This document shows positions 41,801 to 53,800 of a DNA stretch of 64,000 nucleotides, in pieces (within the stretch, counting starts at the first letter, position 1; each line of letters starts with the position of its first letter). The notes under the pieces were generated by a model. That model saw only the letters and a program-made list of their open reading frames with translations. It had not been told where the DNA came from and made no database searches. The position numbers and the translations under genes were made by a program. The stretch comes from Malacoraja senta. Its lineage: Eukaryota. The stretch spans positions 622,001-686,000 of the forward strand of contig CM075992.1 of the NCBI GenBank assembly GCA_038087875.1. Direction: 5' to 3'.

Positions 41801-44800
41801 AATTTGTGTTGACATTTTAATAATATAAAGCAAATGATTGATTGGTACGACCAACTTTGCTGTTGATCCTTGCGGAAATGAGTATCAGTCTTCTCAGTTA
41901 ATGACCAACTCGATAGAGATGGGCTAAGTTTTATTTCTCATTGATGTCGAGGCCTTAAAAACAGTAAATGGTGCAGGAAGTAAGGTAGAGTGGTATTGCC
42001 CCCTCGACATTTCAAGTGATTTTGATCTCTGCCCCAGTATGTTCTTCTTCGAGTCCGTTGCAATCTCAGATGTCGTTCTGCCAGTATCTGGCGCAGGTCA
42101 CAGCTGGTCGAGTCGGTTCAGCCAGGTCCTGGGGGCTGCACTGGGGGGCGTCGTCACACTCCAGTAGGTGGGACATTGTCTGTACTGCTCCACAGCTGCA
42201 TGTGTCTTCTGCCTGGTAGTTCCATGCTTTCATAAGTGCTTTACACCTCCCCTGCTCCACACGTAATCTGTTGAGGGTCTTCCAGGTTGGCCATGGGAGG
42301 CCGTGCCCGCTGGCACGCCCTCCCATGGTCGTGCCAGCGGGCAGTATGTGATTCACAGCAATGGTAAGAAGAAAATAATGATTGAAGATCATTCCAAGAG
42401 ATGTTACTCAAACACTCTGGAGTGAGTTCCTTCAGATTTCCCATCGTAATTGTGTTGCCTCTTTATTCTTTTGGACGAGAGACAGTCAGTGTCAATGAAG
42501 TACAAATCCGAGCTGGGAATAGTTGTCAATAAAGCAGGTTTCAAGGTGGGAGAGGTGGTACAAAAGGGCAAGTCTGTGATGGAAAGAAGGATGGAGGAAT
42601 TATACGGTAAAAGGGATAGTACAAAGTGAGAAGGGTCGGTAAAAGGATAGTAAGAAGGGAACAAAAAGTCAAATTGAATGAGTTCAGCTCATGGGCACCT
42701 TGATTGGCATGGAAGAGGGGCTGAAGGGTCACAACTCCATGCCTGTTTCAGTTGCAAATCTACTTATCTGAAATTGGGTGTAGTGACAGCTAGCAATGTT
42801 GCTTGTTGAATTCAGTGTTGAGTTTGGAAGGTTTTCATGTCTAGTTAGAACACCAGGTATAAGCGCATGACTCTGAATGTAGCACTGTTGGAAAAGTGTC
42901 AGAAGCCAAAGATAGATCAGGTTCAGTTGCTTTAGATTAGATTAGATTAGATTTTATTACTTGTCATTTGAACCTCAGAGAGGCTCAAACGAAACTCCGT
43001 TTCCACAGCCATACAAACAAAACAATTCCTACACGACACACAAACAATTCAATTTACAGAAAAACATCCATCACAGTGAATCTCCTCCTCACTGTGATGG
43101 AAGGCAAAGTCTTTTCTCTCCCCTGCACCAATTTTCTCCCGATGTTGAAGCCCCAGGCGGGCAATGGTAAGTCCCACGGCCGTTGAGGCCGCGCTGGGCG
43201 ATGTACGGCCTCGCTCCGGGTCATTCCAACCCCGCGACTCGGGCTGGAGAAGTTGCGTTGTGGGAGCTCCGGAAAGCGGTCTCTCACCCAGACCCGCGGG
43301 CTCCCGATATCACAGTCCACCGGCCTGCAGCTGCAGCTGGAGCCTCCAAGCTCCGGAGTGAGCAGCGAGCCACCACCGCTCCCCACGCTCTGAGGCCGGC
43401 CAGCCCCACGATGGTGAGTCCGCAGCTCCGCAGGCTCTGCGACTGGAGCCCCCAGGTCGTTCTGGTTGGAGGCCGCTCCACGGTGCTAGGCCCCAACGAC
43501 AACGGAGACCCGACAGAGAAAAGGTCGGGTCTCCCGTGCAGGGAAGAGATTTTTAAAAGTTTCCCCTCCCCCCCCCGACCCCCACATATACACCATTAAA
43601 AACAGTGCAAAAAAAACACGAACAACTACATTTAACTAGACAAAAATAAAAAAAAGACAGACAGGCTGTAGGGGCCGCCGCACTTTAGAAATACTGGTGG
43701 TATAAAGCCTGATGAACACACACACTATTGTTTTGATTAGGCTATCGTATTCTCGTAGTATCAGGTATTTACCATCTCATGCTGATTGAGAAAAGGATAG
43801 AGTAAGACTACTCGATAGAATTTTAAGTTTTGTGTCATGCATCCTTGGTGCCCATTGAAGCAGGTGTACGTGACATAAACGATTTATGAGAATCACTGGC
43901 ACTTCCATCTTGCGTTGTGCTCTTTTGATTTTAAACTCTCCTTTGTAGTTCTCGGTTCAGTGAATACTGCATTTGTATTTGGCAGGGATTGGAAGTAGTC
44001 TTTCGTATTGGAATGGCTATCCTTCAGTTTAATCAAGTCGAATTGATGCAACTTGACATGGAAGGAATGTCGCAGGTAAATATGATCACCATCTTGCCCC
44101 CTCTCTGATCCTGGCACCAGTTGTATCTCTCGGTTCTCTCATCCTGAAACGTTTTACCTCTGGGTTAAGACTTGATGCCTTCACACTCAAAATCCTAAAA
44201 TAGTTTTTTGTACAACAATCCGATCACAAAAGGAAGTAATTTCAGTTACCTCAATTGTGCATCATTTATCACATCTGCAACTGCTCGGTGAGATTCTCTT
44301 TGCATATTTACACATGCAGGTGCCACCATGTTGTGGCGCCATTTTACAAGGATGTTGCCAGGACTAGAGGGTCTGAGCTATAGGCAGAGGTTGAGTAGGC
44401 TGGGACTCTATTCCTTGGATCGCAGGAGGATGAGAGGTGATGTTATAGAGGTGTATACGATCATAAGAAGAATAGATCGGGTAGTTGCACAGAGTCTCTT
44501 GCCCAGAGGAGGTAACTGAGGCTGGGACTATCCCAACAGTTAAGAAGCAGTTAGACAGGTACATGGATAGGACAAGTTTGGAGGGATATGGACCAAATGC
44601 TGGCAGGTGGGACTAGTGTAGCTGGGAAATGTTGGCCAGTGTGGGCAAGTTGGGCCGAAGGGCCTGTTCCCACACTGTATCACTCTGACCGGTCCACCCA
44701 CGCGCTCAGTCTACTGGAGCAGTTCCCGAGCGGAGCGATTCACCTCCTTCCAACAAGTTCTGTTTCTTTCACCACTCTATCTACTATTCTGCAGCGTGAA

Positions 44801-47800
44801 CAGAGGGAAGGTTTAAGCAAAAAGCTGTCAATGGTGTTTTGTAAATAACTTCCCCTGCCACCATGTTTAATGTTAAGCAGAGGAAGTATGATATAACTTT
44901 CTCAGTTCCTGTCAGTTCACTAGCATCTATTGTCCCGTCATGGAATCAGGCAGGGCCTGCATTAGGAACCACCGGAGCAATGTGCTACACTTTTAACTTT
45001 CAGAATTGGCTGGTGGCAAAGGCTTTGTTTCCCATATCCGTGCATTCATCACTTCCTACTCCAAACAAGAACTGGCAGAAGTACATTGTGCTGAAAACAC
45101 ATTCTTGGTCCATTTTTTAGTTATCTCAATATTTCATTTAGTCTAAAGGTACAAATTTGCTCCCATTCTCTGGTTCAACCTACTTCCCCCCCCAAGACAT
45201 TTAAATAATTTTGCATGAATTTGAATGAAATCAAACACGTATTGGAGCACAACTTCCCAATTAGTGGCTTTAGTGTAGGATATGTATTAATTATTCAAGT
45301 GATTACAGGGGTGAGCTATAGGGAGAGGTTGAGTAGGCTGGGACTCTATTCCTTGGAGCGCAGGAGGATGAGGGGTGATCTTATAGAGGTGTATAAAATC
45401 ATGAGAGGAATAGATCGGATGCACAGTCTCTTGGACCAGCGGGCATAGGTTCAAGGTGAAGGGGAAACGATTTAATAGGAATCTGAGGGGTAACTGTTCC
45501 ACACAAAGGGTGGTGGATGTATGGAACGAGCTGCCAGAGGAGGTAGTTGATGGCAGGGACTATCCCAACATTTAAGAAACAGTTAGACAGGTACATGGAT
45601 AGGACAGGTTTGGAGGGATATGGACCAAACACAGGCAGGTAGAACTAGTATAGCTGGGGCTTGTTGGCCGGTGTGGGCAAGTTGGGCCGCAGGGCCTGTT
45701 TCCACTCTGTAACACTCCATGACTATGAGACCGTGAAGAATAGGGCCACTTGGGGGCACTGTTGAGAGTAAAATAACAACTTTTGTTAAGCAGATATATA
45801 TGGGGTATATATTGCACGTTTTGAAAAGAGCTTTTGTGTAATAGTAGGTACACAAAAATGCTGGAGAAACTCAGCGGGTGCAGCAGCATCTATGGAGCGA
45901 AGGAAATAGGCAACGTTTCGGGCCGAAACCCTTCTTCAGACTGTAATAGTATTTTGTGGAGTCTTGAAATAAAAATAACTTCAAGATAATTCAACCCAAC
46001 TTCAGAGAAATGGGTCATATTGAGCCCTGACTACATATTGAAAGCCTGCAGAACATTTGTCTAAAACTGGGTAGAAACAAGTAGTAGAAAAAAAGAACTG
46101 ATGATAGACAAAATGCTGGTGTAACTCAGTGACTCGAATCATCACCTAACCATTTTCTCTGGAGAAGCTGACTGATGGGCTGAATTACTCCAGCTCATTG
46201 TGTCTTTGGTATAAACCAGCATCTGCAGTTCTCTGTTTCTACAACTGCAGATGCTGGTTTGCCAAGGAAAGACAGAGAATGCTGGATTCAGTTGGTCAGG
46301 CAGCATCTCTGGAGAACGTGAATTCATGATGTTTTGGGTCGGAACCTTTTTTCAGACACAGAGTATGAAGAAGGACCCTGATCCAAAACGTCACCTACCC
46401 ATCTTTTGTTGTGCGCTATCCAGTCAGTGAAAAGACAATAGATGAATTACAACCAAGCAGTCCACAGTGTGCAGATACAGAATAAAGGATATAGCGTTTA
46501 GTGCAAGATAAAGTCCGATTAAAGTAGTTCAAAGGTCTCCAATGAGATAGGTGGGAGGTCAGGATTGCTCTCTAGTTGGGCAGAGGACAGTTCAGCCTTG
46601 GCAAGCCAATAATCTGCATCCATGCTGCAAGCATTCTATGATGCCTCGTTAATGGAAGCGATGCTGATATTTCTTTTGTTCTTTGTTCCTCCTCACAGCA
46701 CTTTCAGAAGGTGATCCCACAACAGTTTGATAGCTGTCCAGACAAACTGATCCTGAAGGCATACCAGATCAAGTACAACCCAAAGAAAATGAAGAAGTAT
46801 GTAACATTGCAGAACAAGCTTCTTTGAGATAATTGCTGTATGAATGTGAGAGTGGGTCCTGGGTCCCCTTCCATCAGAATCTCATTTACATGGCGGTGTC
46901 ATAGAAACTTAGCAGCAGATACTTAGTCTAGGTAGATTAATAATTATTCAGACAAATTCCATTTTCTAGTTTTTGGTCTAAAGTTTTGGTAATTATATAG
47001 CATGGGCTTTTCCATTTAAACATGGGGCTTTATTGCCCAGCATCCTAGTGGTCAGAACGTCCACCCTCTCACCGACTCTGGCTGAAACTATTTCAATGCT
47101 CCCTAACCTTACCACACTGCATGACCCCACGGCAAAGCATGAGAAAGATGGAATATATGCCTGGGGTTATAGCAATTTAATAAAATGGGGGGGGGGGGGG
47201 AGGAGGGACACACACACACACAAATTTGTACATTTATATTACTCTATTACCAGAATAAGCAAATTTCCTTTCTGATTCTCTTCCCAATAGTTTAGTTATT
47301 GTGAAGCATAACTTTGTGATGATAAATCTCCGGTTGGATTTTATGAATCTTTTCTTGATTCACATTCCATTGTGGCCTGCTGTCATCTTCCTATTCCTGG
47401 CAGTGGGGCGTGAATGATGAGAGTAATCTTGCTGCAGAAAAGCCTGTTGATCTGATATGCTTTCTCTTGGGACTTGTTTCTCCCACAGACTTGAAAAGGA
47501 ATACACTACAATCAAAAACAAAGAAATGGAGGAACAGATTGAAATTAAGGTCAGTTTTCACGATAGGTCTGAGGCAGCTGAATTAATTGTCCCTGCCGAT
47601 GCTCCTCATTTCCATCCAATTCTGGGGATAACAACGTATAATTGTTTTAAAAAATTACTGTGATTAACTGGCTTGGTTTTTTTTTAAAGAGGTGAATGAT
47701 GTAATTACGGAAATCTGATCTGGTGAGATAATTAAATGCTCTTTGCTCAAATGATAGGGGAAGAATACAGTTGATTAAGATTTACAGGCAATGTAATTTG

Positions 47801-50800
47801 TGCTTGAAGTACATTTATTTGGTTGGAGCAGGTTTTTTTCCAAAGGTGTCCATTTTGCAGTGTTGGATTAAGCATCATTGGCCTATACTTGGTTACACGG
47901 TAGCATGACCAGAGAAATCTTTGTTAGATGAGTCACATTCCCCAATAGTCTTCCTTGCCTCTAATCTTGTGCAATGTCTACACTTCTCTTTCTAACACCT
48001 TGAGCATTCTTGAATTTAATCACTATGTGGACAATCTCTTCATGTGCCGCAGTCCTAACCTCAGAAATTCTCTCCTTGAACTTTCCTCCTTCTCTCCAAC
48101 ATTTTCCTCCTACATGCAGTTTGATAGCTACCTTTTTGATGAGGCCATTTCACATTTACTGTCACATGCACCAATTAAGGTACAGAGATATTTGAGTTAC
48201 CATGCAGCCATACAATTAAACACAATTAAAAGAACAATAGAACTTAACATAAACATCCACCACAGTGATCACTGTGATGGAAGGCAATAAAGTTCAGTCG
48301 GTCTTCCTCCTTTTGTTCATTTGTTACCTTCGCTAATTCCACCGTGATGTGACTTGGTGTTGACTTTTTTTAACGGTCGTATGAAGCGCCCTGAATGTTC
48401 CTACCATATTTTAGATGCACATAAATATATTGTTGCTCAGAGCAAGTCGTAGAGTCATCCAGAGGGGAAACAGGCCCTTCGGCCCAACTCATCCATGCAG
48501 GCCAAGATACCCTATCAAACCTAGTCCCATTTACTCATGTTTGACCCATTTCCCCTCTACGTACCGGTCCATGTCTTGTCACATACTGGCAGTACTATAA
48601 TGCACTTCATTATAGGCAGTTCATTTCCTATACCCACCACTCCCTTGAGTGAAAAAATTGCTCTTTGGGTTCATATTAAATCTTGCCCCTCTCACCTGAA
48701 ACTTATGTCTTCTGGTCTTGATTCTCCAACCTTGGGTAAAGGACTCTGTTCACTCGGTATAAGTGATAACCAGGGTCTGAAGAAGGGTCTCCACCCGAAA
48801 GGTAACCTATTCCTTTTCTCCAGAGATGCTGCCTCACCCGCTGAGTTTCTCCAGCTTTTCTTGTCTATATTTTTGATAACTATTTAATGCTCTCATCAAT
48901 GGCAGAGTCTACTTGTGTAGTCTTTCCACCAGGTGGTGTTGTGGACCTGGATTAATTCCATCACCGCATTGAAACACTTGCATTTGCAGGATAGAAGTTC
49001 TTACCTAATAAGTTCTTACCTAATAAGTTCTCACCTAAAAGTTCTTACCTTATAATGCAGGGATCTGTGCTATAAGTAATAGAATTTCCCCATGCCGCAC
49101 TAACGTGGTTAAATGTTGCTTTGCTAAGCACTTGCTCTCTGCTGTCACTTGCTTATCCATGATGCATTCCTTCTCAAGCAACATTCATTCTGAAGTTCCC
49201 GTTGAAATTATTTTTCTCTAATTAACAGGCAGGTTTTCATAGTTGCCCATGCACAGCACGTCTGTTGCTGAATGGGGTTATCAACCACTCAACCCATGTT
49301 TGGAAGCTTGCAGGAGCCAAAATAATGTATAGAATTACACTTTTCTATTCATAATTCAGCACAAACAAACTGTGGATGTACATGATGATCAACGGGAGAC
49401 CCAGTACTGATCCTTGTGGCACACCACTGGTCTTGTGGTCTTGCCACAAAGCTAATTTATTTTATCCGTTCACTAGTTCACCCAAGATCCTACCAGATCC
49501 AACGTTCTTGGACCAGCCTACCTACTGCATTTTCCACAACCCAGCCGCTGTGTGAGCTCAGCTTAGAGTTGAAGTGCTCTAGTAAGACAAGGTGCAGACA
49601 TAAGAGGAACATGTCAGAGATGGGTGCTCGGAGTGGCTTCACCAGGCTGGATTACAGATCAAGCCTGATAGACCAGCTACTCTTTTGAATAGTCCACTCC
49701 ACTCCATTATTTCCATCCCAGGAAGGTATTAGCTAAGATCACAACAGCACACCCTGATATCAAGTAGCTTTGACGTTTGCTGGCCAAACTACCATGTTCA
49801 GTTTTTAGTTGGGATCACCTATGTTGACTGTCGCTGCTAAATCATTCCACTGGCTTATTTAAGGCATGAATGGGGTTTATTCTTAATAGTCCACACTCGG
49901 GAAATTCATGACCATGAGGGTACCAAATCTCAAGGAGCATGTGTACTTTTTGCAGCTGCATTTGGGTTTTAGATGATAGACTTGCTTTCCAACCTCAGCA
50001 GTGCATCTCGACTGAGAGCTCTCCAGGAGTAGACTTGTAGTGAAATATGAAACGCACTGAGGAGAAGCACCTGGCTGTGTGAATGATGCTCTCGATGCAC
50101 TAAAGCAAGTAGTGAGAACACCTGGCAGAAGATTAATATCTAAACGCAGATGCTGCCTGACCACCGTGGTCTTCACAACATTTTCTGTTACTGCAGATCT
50201 GAAAACATGAAGTACTTTTGCTTTTTGGATAAAGCTTTCAGCTGTGTTGGGCGGCACAGTAGCGCATTGGTAGAGTTGGTGCATTACAGCGCCAGAGACT
50301 CGGGTTCAATCCTGACTAAGTGTTCTGTCTGTATGGAGTTTGTACGTTCTCCCTGTGACCGTGTGGGTTTTCTCTGGGAACTCCGGTTTCCTCCCACATT
50401 CCAAAGTCCTGCAGGTTTGTTGGTTAATTGGCTTCTGTAAATTGTCCCTAGTGTGTGGGATAGAACTATTGTACGGGTGATTGTTGGTTGACATGGACTT
50501 GTTGGCTAAAGGGCATCTTTCCACTCTATATCTCCAAACTAAACTACCTCCTCTAGATCCAAGGCTAAAAAAGTCCTGATTTCCCCCCATGTCTGTTTTA
50601 TATAAACAGTGACCATGTAGTTGATTCCATGGATGCACTGGAGAAGTTGTTGAAAGTGGGAGTGTTCCCACATACTGCCTGCCCTTGCTTGTGGTAGCTG
50701 ACAGGAAGAAAAATGCACCATCTTCCTTTGTAACTAGTTATACTTCCAGCTAGTGGAGTATTTCCCCTCTTTTCCTGCGGACATCAAATTTACTGGGACT

Positions 50801-53800
50801 CCTTGATGCTGCATTAAATCAAGTAATTGTCAGTGGAATTTGGAATATCACCTTATCTCTGGAACCTCCAACGTGATCCCACCCCTTATCATATCTTCCC
50901 ACCCCTTTCTGCCTTCCACAGAGACTGTTCCCTCCACAACTCCTTCGTTCACGCATCCCATCCCACCCAAACCATCCCCTCTCCAGTTACTTTCCCCTGA
51001 AACTGCAGGAGATGCAGCACCTGTCACTATACCTCCCATAGAATTCTATGAAGCATTGCATAGTGGCCTTCACAGATAAATCTGCACTGTTTTCAGATAG
51101 TTCGGTTTGAATAGAACAGAGATCTTGTTTAAACAGTGCTAGCGAGCAGGTAAGAATCTCATTTAATCTCTTGCTCTTGTATGTTGCTGACTTGGGATTA
51201 GTGCTGTTGTCTCTCTTAAAGGCCATTCCTTAACTAGGACCCAATAACGACAGCCAACTATCCCATCCAAAGAATTCTATAACACAACTGGTAGTTTTAG
51301 CTTTACCATGTTGGATGATAATATAATTTTTATCTGATCAGTAGAGTGTTCAGGTCATTTTGTTGGAAACAGATATACAAAAGATTTTGAAAGAAAGTAC
51401 CTGTGAGTGGATGAAAATCAATCAGCATCCCTCCTTAAACCATTCTATAAATGCTAAATGGGATTAAGCAAGAACAGTACCTTGTACTTTATAAACTCTC
51501 CCATTCATTGGGAGGTTATGCTGCATCTATCCTGAAATATACAGTGTAGGGCCTGTCCCACTTGGTGATTTTTTCGGCGACTGCCGGCGTCGTTGACTGA
51601 CGTATCAGGGTCGGCGAAAAATGTTGAACATTTCAAAATCCAGCGGCGACAAAAAAAATGTTGCGACACTTGAGGAAATACCACGCGTCAATGCGTCATC
51701 ACCCCACATCAGCATCGCGTAACGCCGCGTCACGCCGCAACTTTTTCGGTGACTTGATACGTCGGTCAATGATGCCGATAGTTGCCGAAAAAATCACCGT
51801 GGGACAGGCCCTTGTGTCTTGCATCTACTGTACCTCTGTGTTTTGTGCTGAACGTGTAGATTGTACAAGAGCTAGTTGGGAGATGTGCGCTAGCTGACGG
51901 CAGCAGCCCCTCTATCTCTCCAAGTATACAATGTGCCCATCAATTAATCCTGCCTTTTTGTTATTCCACAGAGACTGAGAACAGAAAATCGCCTCCTAAA
52001 GCAGCGGATTGAAACCCTGGAGAAGGTACGACCAGCACCCTAATTTATATTTGTTGCATTTTATTTATTGGGAGAAGAATTGTCAATAGTAGTTGCCCTG
52101 TCTAATAATTCCAACTGTGGACAGGTTCCAATTGCACTTATTCACAATCCAGCTCCTCTGATCGAATCTCCCAGAATCAGTCCTTGACCTTATCCTTTGT
52201 CTCAACTACACGCTGCCCCTCCTTATCGTCATCTGAAATGTTAATGCCGGGCTGCGCACCAACTCCCCACCACCTCCCTTTTCACCTATCGTGTGTACAC
52301 CATCAGTGTACATAGGTACCTACAACCTACTGAGATTACCTCACTCATAGTAATTACCTCACACCCAACCAATAATTGTTTAATCACGTTAGTGAAACAT
52401 TTGTTATCGGAACAAAGAAGGAGCATTACATTCATTAATTTCACCCAATATTCATTGCAGTTAGTCATGAATATTGCTCAAGGAAGGAAGAAATCTTCTC
52501 CATACAATACCATCCAGCCTCATAAATCTAGTTCTATTGTAAATGGCAATAATCATGCTGCCTTAACAGTAAAACATACTTCATCATATTAAATGACTTA
52601 TTTTTGGATTGATTTCGTTTTTGACTAAGGTAGAAATGGAACTGTAGAGCATTTTATCCATGTATCACACATAATATATGCTGAGGTCCTGTCGCTGGGT
52701 TGAGCAAACTCCAGGAGACACCAGATAACTTTAGCTGGTCACTGAGACTCTGTAGGTTTACAAATGGAGAAAGAGATCCAAATTTACCACCTCTTCCCTG
52801 TTGTGGAATTACAAATCCCCAGCATAATCTAATTAGAAAGTGACAGGGAATCTTTTAGACTTGGCATAAAAGTTCACTAATGTCATTTGGATGTTATTTA
52901 TTTAACTTTTGCCAAATAAAGTATTGCTGATGTTTGTTTGGAATTGAATGCTCTCTGCATAATCTCAAAACATTGTGTCATCTGATGCCATTGTGTAGGT
53001 TTGATGGCTTAAAATTATTTCTTCCTCTTGCATTGTAGCACCTGGGACTTGATCTATCTTGTGTTGTATTGATACTGGTTTCATGTCGAGAGTGAATGTA
53101 ATTTGGTTACGTGCTACTGGTAGATTTGCTCTGTAATCTGAGAGTATCAGCACAAAGCTATAACCTCCATAACATAGATATGCTATTGGATTTGTTAAAT
53201 GCTAAGGGTGTGTTGGACATAACTGCAGGTGCTGGTTTAAACCGAAGATAGACACAAAAAGCTGAAGGGTCTCGATCCGAGACGTCACCTTTTCCTTCTC
53301 TCTATACTTGCTGCCTGACCCGCTGCGTTACTCTAGCTTTTTGTGTTTATCTTCTTAAACGTTAAAATGACCTACCAAACCTTTATTGAACTGACTCAAA
53401 TATATCAGCTGTCTACTCCGTGTGGACCAGAAAAGTTAAAGGAACCAAACTTATTATTTTTCTTTTATTACTTAAAGTTGAGTTTATTGTTGGAAAGATT
53501 TATAAGAAATTGGAGGGAAAGAGTGTTTGGGAATATGGGAAATGTGCATGTTGAACAGTTTGGTGGGGTTTGCTTTGTGTGATGTCGTAACCCTGTATAA
53601 TGAGTAGGGACTGTGTAAAAGTAATGAAACAGATATTTTGAATGGCTCTTCTTTCTTCCTGAACTCTAAGGTCCCTTCCTCCTGCACACAAACAAAGTGG
53701 ATACAAAGAGCACAGAAACTGCAAATGTTTTAATTCCTCATTGCAAGTGTATTTTTGTTTTGTACAATCAGAATGTGGAATATAATAATATGAGCTTGTT

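Noticed and set aside
43054..43682. CpG-rich block as a host promoter island or nested gene
   Set aside because: Lies within a dispersed repeat that recurs at 63542
50249..50320. tRNA-like sequences here and at other SINE heads
   Set aside because: They continue into the V-SINE body and do not form a complete cloverleaf
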